DNA of 64,000 bases from Schmidtea polychroa. Taxonomy: Eukaryota. The notes beneath the pieces were generated by a model that saw only the letters and a program-made list of their open reading frames with translations, was not told the origin of the DNA and searched no databases. Positions 18,670-30,419 of the stretch are shown piece after piece (position 1 is the first letter of the stretch; each line of letters opens with the position of its first letter). Location: the NCBI GenBank assembly GCA_044892525.1, contig CM097885.1, positions 211,668,001-211,732,000 of the forward strand, given 5' to 3'. A program made the position numbers and the translations under genes.

Positions 18670-18937
18670 ATGAAAACAATTCATTTAAAAGTCACTTTTA
18701 TCAATACCCAAACTTTTGTAAGTTTTATGTAATTAATTAATTAATAATTCTCTTATAATGTTTTCTAGGTAATGAATTGCAACAACAACAACAATTACAA
18801 CAACTCAAATAACATGAATAACGTCAATAGCAAGATTTGCAACCACTCAAATAACATGAACAACAAAAACTTAAACACCAACAATGATAAAATGGTTCGA
18901 AATAATTCCAAGAAAATTAATGCAAACATGATAAAAT
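18670..18937 (+). CDS. Two candidate exons (18670-18717, 18769-18937) encoding an Asn-rich leader, separated by a 51-nt intron
   Basis: ATG at 18670; GTAAGT...TTTTCTAG intron 18718-18768 joins in frame to the N-rich ORF; second GTAAGT donor at 18938. Confidence 0.5.
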
Positions 18938-19232
18938 GTAAGTATTATATATATTTTTCAGTATTTAAAGATATTTTCATTTTAATTAAATTAATATTAA
19001 TTTAAATATTATATTTCATTTTAATTTATTTTACAAATTTGAATTTAAATTAATTTACTCAAAGTAAAAATTAAAACAATTTTGAATTTATTAGATAATA
19101 ATAATTTATGATTTTATTTAAATTTAATTATTTTAAATCAATTTAAATTTATCAATAAAAAAAAATTTTTTTTAATGCAATATTTTTAATTAAATTATAA
19201 TGTATACCATAACATAAGAAACAAATAAAGAC

Positions 19233-19722
19233 TTATAATATATTAGTATCAATTATTTTCCATATAGGTCTGATTGTTTCTTTTCCTTCTTTAAAACCCT
19301 GAATTTGAATTTTTATCATAAAATATGAATTTTCATTTTCTTTTTTAATATTTTCTAAAGCATAATCTTTATCACAATTCATAAATGTAAAGTTTTCATT
19401 GAATTGAATATTTTTATTGATAGCCAACAATAATTCTAAAATATTTTTTCTATCGATATCTCCAATTTTACCTACTTGTATATTATATAAACTCTGTTTC
19501 AAAGTTACAGGTTCCTAATAAAAAAAATTTAATTAATATTTGATTAAATGATATAAATATATTTACTTTAAATGAATAAGTTATTGGGTATTTTAAATAT
19601 TCCATAGAATATTGTAGGAACTGAACAGGAGATTTTCTAATAAGACTAACTGCCGATGTTGAATTTTCCTGTAGAATTAACTTTATTATATCTGAATTTA
19701 CTTGTTTCTCCATCTTTTTCAC
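19233..19722 (-). CDS. Orphan ~145-aa protein formed by splicing a 52-nt intron (19515-19566)
   Basis: Minus-strand GTAAAT...TTATTAG intron joins ORFs 19483-19722 and 19233-19502 exactly in frame (...YSFK|EPVTLKQSLY...). Confidence 0.6.
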
Positions 19723-20095
19723 TGAACTTTCTAGAATAATGATTAAGCAATACTAGATAATGATAATAAAATTACTTTTATATTGTTGCATCATTAAATA
19801 TAATAATTTCATGCACTCAGTATATATATTAATTTTAAAAATCGAGTTGACCAATTAGATTCTTTTTAACAAATCATTTTAATTTTATTGGATGAAAGAT
19901 TTTATGTGTGTGTATAGTATTTTTGATTTTTTAAATATTTATTTCTAATAATCAATTTGTGATGTTCATATATTCATTTTCATATATTCATTTTTATTTA
20001 TAATGCAATCCTTTGATAATTTCTTTTGAAACTTAGGTATCTTATATCCAAAGTTTTGTAATTCTTCCTTTCATGACAATGATTGTCATAAAACT

Positions 20096-23000
20096 ATGGA
20101 AAAATACTATGGCCAACCCCATAACCGTGTTATTTATTTTGTTTGCCCCATTTGTAATTCCACTGAAAAATTAAATTATTCTAACTTTTATGATCAACAT
20201 AAAGATCATTTAAATCGATTTAATCTTTTGAAGAAAAAACAAATTTTTAAATTACCAAATAATTTCTCAATTAATAAAAGGAAATCTGATTTGCCTATAA
20301 GTAACCCTCGTCCATCTAAAATTAAAAATTTAAATAATAATGATCAAATTATTATTCTCTCGGATTCTGAAGACGATGATGTAGTTTTAAATAATATGGT
20401 AACTCTTCCTGATTTTGAAAATGATGTGGATATAGATTTTCTATCTGACTCTCAAAATGGAGTTGATATAATAACTCTTTCTGACTCTGATGCCGAAATA
20501 ATTAATGATAGTACGATACAATATGGTGGATCATTAGAACCGGTTGTAAATTATGATTTACGTAAATCACATGCCATAGTTAAAATGATGGTTGAAAATT
20601 TAAATTTAAATTCTTTAACCGTACCCACGCCCTTAATTAATAAATTTAATAACGTTACCAGAGAAATGGGTTCTGTAAAGATTCAATTTTGTATAGAAGT
20701 GGAATTTGAAAAAGATGGAGAATTTCAATCTTTCGTCATTTCAAATTCTGCAAGACCCATGAGTGATACCTTTTTAGATGAAGGTATTGCTATTCTCAAT
20801 GAGAAAATTACTTTAATTAATGAAAAGGGAAGTAATTGGATTATTAATAAAATTAAAGAAATACATTTTGTTATTACAAAATTTTCTCAAATAAGTAGAT
20901 TGAGTGGGAGGGGTTCTCTACCAACTCCTAAATCATTATTAAATAAACATTGCGTAATGAATATTAACAATACGGATGATTTGTGTTTCATCTATAGCAT
21001 TTTGGCTATTTTGAAATACGATGACGTTGATGGCAATCATAGAAATCGAATTAGTAATTATAATTTGTCTGATCTAGTCTTTGATCCTTCTGACTTACCG
21101 CTGCGTCTCTGTAATATACCTAAATTTGAAGATAAAAATCCAGGGCTTTCGATTAATGTTCTTGCATACGATGAGGATGCTTTAGTGGATATTTTAAATA
21201 ATTCTGAAGTATTAAAACATCCTTATGTTGACATCATACATAGATCGAAAGTTGTAGGCGGAAGACCGACTAATTTAATTTTGTTGGAAAGCAGTGATTC
21301 TTTTCATTATATAGGAGTCACTAATCTTGATAGACTTTTAAATTGTCGTAATTCTACTGTTACTAGTACTCGAATTCAAAGTCTGTGGTGTAATCGCTGT
21401 TTAAATGGCTTCCGTACACTTGAATCTTTAGATAAACATAAAGGTTTATGTGAGAAAAATCAATTAGGAACAACTTTATATACTTTACCATTAAATAAGA
21501 ATTTATATTTTAATGATTGGTCTAAAACAGTTACTCCCCCTTTTGTGGTTTACGCTGACTTTGAGGCTATCTTACCTACTGATAATAGATATTTTCAAAG
21601 GCGCTTGCCGATTTCTGCAGGTCTTTTGCTAATAAATAATTTCACAGGGACTAAATTATATAAAAAATTTTTAGGGTTAGATTGTATTGTTAGTTTCCTT
21701 AAAGAGATTGAAAAAATTGGTATGAAAACAGTTTTACCTTATTTTTATAAAAATTCGAAAAAGAAAATTATTTTTACAGATGCTGACCTTATTTCTTTTT
21801 CTTCCGCAGTTATGTGTTATCTTTGCAAGAAAACTTTAGTAAACCCGACTAAAGATCATGATCACTTTACTGGTAAATATTTGGGAGCAGCTTGTTCAAC
21901 TTGTAATAATTCTCGTCAAATAAGATATGAATTTCCAATTGTTTTCCATAACTTGCGAGGGTATGATCTTCATCATATCCTCAAATACGGATTGAGTAGC
22001 TTTAAATCTTGGAATATTTCATGCATTCCAACGACAACTGAAAAGTTCTTAACATTATCTGCGAGAATAGGTGGTTTAAATATTAAATTTATCGATTCCT
22101 GCCAATTTATTAATAGTTCGTTAAATGACGCTGTTAAAACTCTTACTAATTTACCGATAACACGATCAGAATTTAGGGGAACCATTGTTAATAATAAAGG
22201 AATTTTCCCATATAATTTTGCCACTAGTCTTGAAGTGCTTCAGTCAACTCCCCAATTACCGCCAATTTGGGATGGTGTTACTGAAGACGAATATTCTATG
22301 GCTGAAATTATATGGAGGGAAACCAACTGTAATAACCTTTGTGATTATATGATGGTCTATCTAAAACTAGATGTCTTTCTTTTAGCTGACTTTTTCCAGC
22401 AGTTTCGAAATAAATCTTTAGCTCATAATCGTCTTGAACCTTTAAACTTCTTGGGCATTCCCGGTATGTCTTGGAATTCAGCTCTGATGACTTTAGACGA
22501 ACCCATCGAGTTGATTCAAGACATGGAGATGTTTAATTTCTTTGAGGGTGGTATAAGAGGGGGGTTGACATTTGTAAACAAACATTATGTTAATACAAAT
22601 GAAAATACTGAACTTCTATATATCGATAATAATAATTTGTACGGCTGGGCTCTTAGCCAAAAACTACCTAGGGGTGAATTTTCTTGGGTGACGGATGAGC
22701 CTGAATTAATTAATTTATTAAAAGACTGTGAATCTATTGATCTAGATTCACTTTCATATGGGTATACTATGGAAGTGGATCTAGATATTCCAACATCTAT
22801 TCACGATAAACTTAATGATTTTCCGGTTGCAGCTGAAAAAATGTGTGCTCCAGGATCTAAAGTGGAGAAGTTGATGCTTACACATTTACCCAAGAAGAAC
22901 TATGTTCTTCATTGGAAACTTCTACAACTTTATCTTTCTCTTGGAGTAAAAGTTACTCAAATTCACAGGGCTATCAAATTTCATCAGTCTACTATATTCA

Positions 23001-23956
23001 AAAATTACATTGACACAAACACCCAACTTCGAGCTGTGTCAACAAATACTCTTGATAAAAACTATTTTAAGCTTCTTAACAATAGTTTATATGGAAAGAC
23101 AGTCGAAAATTTGAAGAAACGATTGAACTTGAGATTGTGTAACTCAGCTTCTAAACTGATTACTTATTCCTCTAAACCCACATTTAAAAAGACTTATAAA
23201 ATAGATCATGACTTAATAGCCGTTCTATTAAATAAGGATTCAGTGTGTTTGGATAGACCTAGTTACATTGGTCAATCTGTACTGGATCTATCCAAATTAC
23301 GTATGTATCAGTTGCAATATATTGATTTACAAAAATATCGAGATGATTTTAGCTGTGAAATCAATATTATTGCAGGTGACACTGATTCCTTCTTTTTAGA
23401 GGTTAAAGGATGCAAATTAGATGTGCTTTTACCAGCTATGGTAAGAGATAACATGCTGGATACATCGAGAGCTCTTGATTCCGTCATTGGTAAATTCAAA
23501 GATGAAAATAAAGGGGGTAGATATAAGGAATGGGTGTTTTTAAGGCCTAAATGCTATAGCCTTTTGGGTGATAAAGAGAGCAACAAGGCTAAGGGAATAA
23601 CATTGAAGGGTACCGACTTAAAACATCAATCGTACCTTGATTGTTATCATAATAATTCGATGATTTCAGTACCACAATCTCGAATAGTAAGTAAAAATCA
23701 TCAGTTATTCACAATAAAAAATATAAAATTAGCCCTAACTAATAATGATGATAAGAGGCATTGGGTAAATAAAAATGAAAGTGTAGCATATGGTCATTAT
23801 AAAATAGTTAACACGGTTATGGGTCATAGTAACAATGCTGAAGTTAGTGATCCGGACGAAGAAAATGATCAATACGTTCAACCATATTTCCCAAATGATG
23901 ATTATGGTCACCCACACTTTCCATATGAAAGGGAACATCAATATGTTCTTGAATAA
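20096..23956 (+). CDS. Protein-primed family B DNA polymerase (pPolB) with N-terminal Zn-finger/terminal-protein region
   Basis: 1286 aa; exonuclease YADFE, FHNLRGYD, YLKLDV; polymerase DNNNLYG, KLLNNSLYGK, GDTDS, KCY, AKGI; endonuclease-VII-like DHDHFTGKYLGAAC..CN; frame open back to an AG acceptor at 20036. Confidence 0.96.
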   Translation: MEKYYGQPHNRVIYFVCPICNSTEKLNYSNFYDQHKDHLNRFNLLKKKQIFKLPNNFSINKRKSDLPISNPRPSKIKNLNNNDQIIILSDSEDDDVVLNNMVTLPDFENDVDIDFLSDSQNGVDIITLSDSDAEIINDSTIQYGGSLEPVVNYDLRKSHAIVKMMVENLNLNSLTVPTPLINKFNNVTREMGSVKIQFCIEVEFEKDGEFQSFVISNSARPMSDTFLDEGIAILNEKITLINEKGSNWIINKIKEIHFVITKFSQISRLSGRGSLPTPKSLLNKHCVMNINNTDDLCFIYSILAILKYDDVDGNHRNRISNYNLSDLVFDPSDLPLRLCNIPKFEDKNPGLSINVLAYDEDALVDILNNSEVLKHPYVDIIHRSKVVGGRPTNLILLESSDSFHYIGVTNLDRLLNCRNSTVTSTRIQSLWCNRCLNGFRTLESLDKHKGLCEKNQLGTTLYTLPLNKNLYFNDWSKTVTPPFVVYADFEAILPTDNRYFQRRLPISAGLLLINNFTGTKLYKKFLGLDCIVSFLKEIEKIGMKTVLPYFYKNSKKKIIFTDADLISFSSAVMCYLCKKTLVNPTKDHDHFTGKYLGAACSTCNNSRQIRYEFPIVFHNLRGYDLHHILKYGLSSFKSWNISCIPTTTEKFLTLSARIGGLNIKFIDSCQFINSSLNDAVKTLTNLPITRSEFRGTIVNNKGIFPYNFATSLEVLQSTPQLPPIWDGVTEDEYSMAEIIWRETNCNNLCDYMMVYLKLDVFLLADFFQQFRNKSLAHNRLEPLNFLGIPGMSWNSALMTLDEPIELIQDMEMFNFFEGGIRGGLTFVNKHYVNTNENTELLYIDNNNLYGWALSQKLPRGEFSWVTDEPELINLLKDCESIDLDSLSYGYTMEVDLDIPTSIHDKLNDFPVAAEKMCAPGSKVEKLMLTHLPKKNYVLHWKLLQLYLSLGVKVTQIHRAIKFHQSTIFKNYIDTNTQLRAVSTNTLDKNYFKLLNNSLYGKTVENLKKRLNLRLCNSASKLITYSSKPTFKKTYKIDHDLIAVLLNKDSVCLDRPSYIGQSVLDLSKLRMYQLQYIDLQKYRDDFSCEINIIAGDTDSFFLEVKGCKLDVLLPAMVRDNMLDTSRALDSVIGKFKDENKGGRYKEWVFLRPKCYSLLGDKESNKAKGITLKGTDLKHQSYLDCYHNNSMISVPQSRIVSKNHQLFTIKNIKLALTNNDDKRHWVNKNESVAYGHYKIVNTVMGHSNNAEVSDPDEENDQYVQPYFPNDDYGHPHFPYEREHQYVLE

Positions 23957-24021
23957 ATTTTGTATTGAAATAAAATTTTATTTAATATAATTATTGTTTT
24001 AGTTCTTATTTGTATCATTTA

Positions 24022-25104
24022 TTTTACGTTGTTATTGTAAAGTATTCTTTAGACTATTTTATTGTGAAATAGTCAAAGTTTTTATTGTTGTGAATTTNNN
24101 NNNNNNNNNNNNNNNNNNNNNNNNNNNNNNNNNNNNNNNNNNNNNNNNNNNNNNNNNNNNNNNNNNNNNNNNNNNNNNNNNNNNNNNNNNNNNNNNNNNN
24201 NNNNNNNNNNNNNNNNNNNNNNNNNNNNNNNNNNNNNNNNNNNNNNACCGAGTGTTTATCACATTCATTGTCACATTATAGTACTCGGGTTCAAAAATGT
24301 ATGTATGACTTTTTCTTATATATGTTTATAATTCAATAAATATATATCTATAATAAAATTATACAGAATTATGTAACACCATACCACCACCCCCTAGGGT
24401 ACCCATACAAATATTACGTAATACTGTATATTTGGCTTGGTTTATACTCCTCACTTCTCACTACTCTATCAAAATGTATTAAATTTTTTCCAGGGATATT
24501 TGGCTTGGTTTATACTCCTCACTACTCTAATGAAGTATAATTATTACATAAGAGGTCAAAGGTCAATTATTACATAAGGGGGGTCAATTATGATGTAAAT
24601 TAAAAAATAATTATTACGTAATCAAAAATATAATCACGTCATTTTATATGTGATTACGTAATTTTACAAATTTATGTAACACCATACCACCCCAGGGTAC
24701 CCATACAAATATTACGTAATACTGTATATTTGACTTGGTTTATACTCCTCACTTCTCACTACTCTATCAAAATGTATTAAATTTTTTCCAGGGATATTTG
24801 GCTTGGTTTATACTCCTCACTACTCTAATGAAGTATAATTATTACATAAAAGGTCAAAGGTCAATTATTATGTAAGGGGTCAAAGGTTAAATATGATGTA
24901 AGAGGTCAAAGGTCAATTATTACATAAGAGGGGCCAATTATGACGTAAATTAAAAAAATAATCAAAAAATATAATTACGTCATTGTATATGTGATTACGC
25001 AATTTTACAAAATTGTGTAACACCATACCACCCCCCCCCCTAGGGTACACATACAAATATTACGTAACACTGTATATTTGGCTTGGTTTATACTTCTCAC
25101 TACT
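24022..25104 (-). repeat. Right TIR of element B, two full tandem units plus a partial unit (N gap 24098-24246)
   Basis: Reverse complement of the left TIR; one unit fewer; terminal copy lacks 7 nt. Confidence 0.93.
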
Positions 25105-25950
25105 GCTACCTAAGATAGCTAAGTTATAAGCAATACAACGAACCATACAACAGGAATATATTTAGCAATGCATTGGCATTCAGATTTCATTTATGTTTGA
25201 TTCTTAGCTACAGTGATATAATATATTGCATTTTAATGTCATACTTGACTTTTAATATTTCAATTATTTTTAGAAAACCATTCAATAAATTTTTTCGTAT
25301 AATTAACCTTTGTTTATGTGAAGGAATTCCTTTTTGTTCTTGATTCTTTACTATGAAATCATCGCAGTGCACTTCTAGAGCAATTGTTTCGGATTTTTTA
25401 ATTACTCAATTAATTTATATCTGAAATCATTTTGGGGAATCGGCACCTACGATAAATAAAAACTAAATATATCAGCTTCTTATTGAAAATAACGTACTTG
25501 TAAAAGAGCAGAAATATTTGCCAATGTCTAGTGCCCAAATTTTGAAGTTCCGCACTGGGAACACTTCGATCGCATTTATAATAAATAAAATTAGCTTTAT
25601 AAAAGGGAATGATATATTTTAATTTGTAAATGGCTAGAAAATAAAAATAACCAATTAATGTAAACCTGGAATTCAAACAGGGATCAACTATCATTTTTGA
25701 CGTCTTACAGTTGGTTTAATAATAATTATGAAACTCCTCAAATTAATATTAATTTAATAACTGTGAACCAAAGTGTCCTAAAATCATAAAAATAAAACAT
25801 AACAGATATTAGTAATTTATTTAGTAATTAGTAGTAGAGACAAATTAGACTCGGAATTAGGATTTATTATTTTATATATTATTTACATGACATAAATTCG
25901 TAATTATTCATAATATATTACTATATACTAATAGAAAAATATAAATTAAG

Positions 25951-26441
25951 ATATTTGGTGATAAAATTGCCCCGCGTTGTGATTATAGAGAAATTCCTAG
26001 TTTATATACTCTAGGGCAACATAATCATCAAGTTTTGATTTTTTATCACCACGCTGGGACCATTAATGATAAATTTTGGCCGGGAGCTGATATCCCTAGC
26101 TACTGGCCCAACACAACTGATACCAATCAAATGATTCAATATTTGGAAAATTCACTAAAGTATTTTAACAATGTTTTATAATCCTAATGAAAAAAAACAT
26201 TCTCAGGGAAAAAGTAAACACTAAATTTCACATTTCTCAAGGAATTTTAACGCCTACATGGAAAACTGTTGTTTTCCATCCATTTTCGTCACTGGAGAAC
26301 TATTTGGCTAATAAATCCAAGCAGGCAGTTCAGGAATGGTTGGAGGGTTTGGTAGAATCTGATAAAGGAAATTTGAACATTGTAATTGTTGACTTTGCCC
26401 AATCTAATGTAATTGATCAAATTATTAAGATGAACAAATAA
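25951..26441 (+). CDS. Host PI-PLC X-domain-containing (PLCXD-like) gene, last two exons (25951-26159, 26207-26441; 47-nt intron)
   Basis: IFGDKIAP, QVLIFYH, W.G..IPSYWPNTTD, FHISQGILTP, NIVIVDF...I..I..N resemble the PLCXD C-terminus; GT-AG intron preserves frame; upstream exons not identified. Confidence 0.65.
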
Positions 26442-26628
26442 TTATTCATATTTTTCAATTGATATCTCTGCTCAAGAAACATTTGTGATTTTTTGTGATT
26501 TTTGTATCGCTTTACTTTGTTAGATATTATAATTAAATTTTTAGTTTATATTCAGATTTATTAATGTTCCCTAATATGTATGGTTTATCATTTGGACTTG
26601 AGACAGCAATTCATTATGTTAATAATAA

Positions 26629-27011
26629 GGGGTCATTGCATAATTACGTCACGCCAAAAATGACCATTTTTGAAACCCACCCACCCTGTCACTTTTGGTC
26701 CCATTTCTGTGGATCTATAGTTACGTCATTTTATTGTTCACGAAATGAGGGTAACCTAGTGGTACCATACGGTTCTTTAGACTGCTTGGAGCTTGCCGTA
26801 GCAGCAATAATTGTTAGTCATCGCTGCCTAATCAAATTATCGGCATCACTGTAGCATAGTAGCAGAGGAAGATTTTTGCAATAATAATTCTTGTGGTCCA
26901 TAAAATACAACTAGTGTGACGTAACATTCAGCTCAACTCATCCACCCACCAACGTCACGTTTTCAAGGAAACCACCCACCCTCGAGCGTGACGTAATTAT
27001 GCAATAACCCC
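26629..27011. mobile_element. PIF/Harbinger-type MITE
   Basis: TIR GGGGTCATTGCATAATTACGTCACGC / GCGTGACGTAATTATGCAATAACCCC, TAA on both flanks. Confidence 0.85.
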
Positions 27012-27844
27012 TAATAAATATTAATAAATAATAATATTAATAATAAAAATAATAATGTTCACGAATGTGGCATGCGTTTCAGCGTAGGTTCAGAAAAAAC
27101 TAAAATTCAGTACGCGTATGCCGATACTACACACGGCAAAGACTGTCTCGGGGATTATAATGAGGAAAAGAGTGATTGTGTTAATTGGAAGAGAAGTGAT
27201 TTCTTGATCGAATCTGGTGAAAAATAGTTATCACAGCATCGATTAGAATAATTAGGGATTCACACATCCCATTTTCGGTCTACCGGCCTATAGCTAAGTC
27301 CTCGAATCAGATATACAAGTCACGAAATTTGATTAAATGCTATTTATTGGAAAAAGAACTACAAATATTCCAATATCCGAAGCGTTATGGGTAAGGCCAA
27401 TTGTTATAGTTGGTAGCTATCTTATGTATGTTGTTATATTATTGTTGACAAATTATTGTTAATTTAATGTTATGTTAATTTGGTGAAGATTCTGAAGAGC
27501 CCGAAAGAGTCGCCGTTAAAACTTGTAGCGGGACAATCGGGGTGCGTGTTATGTTTAAAAATATAGTAGTTGCAAATATTACAGATTTATAAATTTAACA
27601 CAAAACAATAACAAAATATTAAATCTTTAAAACTTTATTACAACCAAAAAATATAAATAGAACCTTCTGATATTTCTTGAAGTTTGTAGCAGAATATTGT
27701 AGTTGAATATTGTAGTTCCAAAATTGTATTTCGTAAATCGTTGTTCAATTGTCGTTCAAAAAATTGTAGTTCATAAAACGTACTCTCAAAAACCACACGA
27801 TATTGATTTCTTTTTAATTTTTCAATTTTTAATTTCTAATTTAC

Positions 27845-27880
27845 TATAGCGATAATTTACTATAGTAAATTATCGCTATA
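27845..27880. repeat. Perfect 36-bp palindrome
   Basis: TATAGCGATAATTTACTA|TAGTAAATTATCGCTATA. Confidence 0.95.
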
Positions 27881-29699
27881 TAGTTTTTTTTAAAAATCTG
27901 GATTTCCCAGATGGTGGTATTTTATATTTTAGTATACACAATTCCTAATTGTGAATACTAAAATACTAACAAAAATAGCTGTACATTACACCAATAATAT
28001 AAATCGAATGATCAAATTTTTTGAACTTGGTTGATGAGTATAAAAGATTTAGGCTACAATGAACATTGAAAATGTAATTCATTCCTATTTTATTCTATCT
28101 ATGGAAACTATTCTGACAACTTCAACTAGAATACCATGTCGCCGATGTATTGAGAGAGCTGTGGAGAGACACAAGCTCCGGGAAAAAATCTCAACAATGT
28201 AGAAAATGCACAATCAGGTGATGGTCACCTGGTTTCAGCATGTCCAAGTAAATGAACTAAAGAAGAAACTTGTCCGTCCCGAGCTATGCCACGACAATCT
28301 GATAACCGAAAATAGGGCTGTCAGAAACTTGGTTCACTCATAACATCAGCTTCTTTGTAAAACATATATGTAGGGGAATTGAAGAGGAGATTGGAGACGC
28401 CCAAACCATGTTAGAAATGATGCCCATTTATCACCTAATGATGGCTTCAGTAAAGACTAACCCACATAGGGTCATTTATGCAGTTAAAGCTGGTCATAAC
28501 TTCACCAGTTGCGCAGAAAGAGGAGAAGCCACCAGTGTCGTCTCTGACGCCAGGGACCAAAGGCCAGGCTCTAATCTCAGTTATAGGTTGCTAAAATTCA
28601 TGAACTTCAATCAATATACAATCGCCCAATATTTAACGCCGACCTGAATGTCGAGAATTTTCGTCTCGACACAGTGATTTAAAGAATACAGTACACTGAT
28701 GCAGTTAACCTTGATGGAAATAGAATTAAATGTTCTTTTTGTCTTAATTATTTAGTAATTTTAATGTATATCGGTTGTTTATAGTTTTATCGCAATGGTT
28801 AGTGTTTTGGTTTATCCTTCGGTTTAACTGAGTTGTCAAATAGGTTCTTGGCTCTATCGAGTTGATGTCGGTTTAATGACGTCAGACCTTTTATCGACAA
28901 TTCGTAAGTTCAGGAGTATCTTTGTTAGAGCAGTCCGAGATAGCGGTCTCCCCTTTTCCTAAGTATTTCATATCTGTGTCCAGTACCAACGACTCTCAAC
29001 TACACGGGTACGCGGGTAGTTCTTTAAAAAATTGTGTTGGATGTCTTGAGGGCTTGTTTTGTCAGTATAGGGCCATACCCTTCTTAGTCGTAATTATCAT
29101 ATATTATACAAACCTATCGATACGCTTGGAGTCAGATTAATAACTGTTGATTTTATATTTCATCGACAACCCTAACACATTCAAATCCAAAAACTAGAAT
29201 ACAATCTAATAAACTTACAAATAATATGAATTGGGGACAATCCTAAAATGTAGAATACTCCATAACAAACCTTGCTAATTACATCGAACAAAGCTAAATT
29301 TAATTATTGATAATTTTTGATCCGTGAAGTCCTTCTTCTTTTTACTGATTCCAAAATCCTTCTTAAAGATTAATTTTACCCCTACCTGGTAATGACAATG
29401 AACTTGTCAAAATATGTCTTATAAGTAATGTTCTAGGAACATTTTAATACTTGTTGTTGGTGGGTCTAATATATTTTTATTGATTAAAAAAACTGATCAA
29501 AAAAATATAAATAAATTATTTATAATATAAACAAAACCAATGAGTAATATACTGTATAACATAAAGTAAAATTAATTTAGCACTTGATAAAATAAAGCTA
29601 TTAACATCCAAAAAATATCCAACAAATCTTCCTCTTCATAATTTTGCAGTGACAACCAAAATCTAATCTTTTCCTTAATACTCATGCCTATTTGATTTC

Positions 29700-30419
29700 T
29701 CATATCAACTTTAATAATCCTTACCATACTTCGATTTTATTGGTGTGAACATTTCTAACCGGATATTTAAAATGTAGTTTATGGTTGACCGATAATTGCA
29801 CATAATTTTGGTTCTGAATAAATTCAAGGTTTTAGGTTTTGGTCCAATAGGCAGGCCACCTATCGCTAAATATTATAGTTCCTGGTTTTATGAAACGCTC
29901 ACAAAACAACCCACATAAGGTCTCCCTGTTTTGTTGCAAAACAATTTGGCCAAACCATATTTTGGTTCCATGCTCTATACCACCAAATAATCAAATTTAT
30001 GGATATCGTCGGCCTCAGAAGTATTTATCCTTCTTTGAAATCAAGAATTCATCTATTTCCACTCCTAAGTGTTAATAACGCCTCCGAAAAAATTTCAAAT
30101 AAAAAATTATTCCACTCATCGACTGAGAACGGTTTGTTGGAATATCTTGGAACTAAAAGTAAGTAAAACTCACTAATTTCTTTAATGACAGTTTACTTTT
30201 AGAAAATAAACAACCATCTCGTATAGAAATTTGTCTGGATTTTCTTGGACACTGAAAATCATACCCGCCAGAATGTTTGTTTCGTACGGTAAGAGACATA
30301 TTGGTGCCACAGTCACATAGCGCTCTTGTAGCAAGAACATGTTTTTTTTGTAGATAATGCAGTAATTTTTCTTCATCGTTTACTATTTTAAATAATTCAA
30401 AGATGTCTGCAATTTTCAT
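29700..30419 (-). pseudogene. Merlin (IS1016/ISXO2-like) transposase remnant
   Basis: N-terminal C.CG..M......G..F.CP...ISIRDG.LFSKSKLSL; downstream broken VEIDE, LFGGIEHGTK, IKPGTII motifs. Confidence 0.75.

Larger units (their letters stand above)
10601..25104. mobile_element. Full-length Maverick/Polinton element B (~14.5 kb), lightly decayed
   Basis: Termini AGTAGT...ACTACT; exact 6-bp TSD GCTACC (10595-10600, 25105-25110); >1 kb TIRs; ATPase, integrase, minor and major capsid, protease and pPolB genes. Confidence 0.97.

Noticed and set aside
19753-19775. 23-nt candidate intron extending the orphan gene upstream
   Set aside because: Splicing puts the upstream ATG in a frame that stops early; size is outside the 43-52 nt class seen elsewhere
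27400-29140. LTR-like segments (TG...CA near 27402-27582; 28710-29140) and GC-richer 28100-28690
   Set aside because: No paired LTR, PBS/PPT or recognisable retroelement ORF could be confirmed by eye
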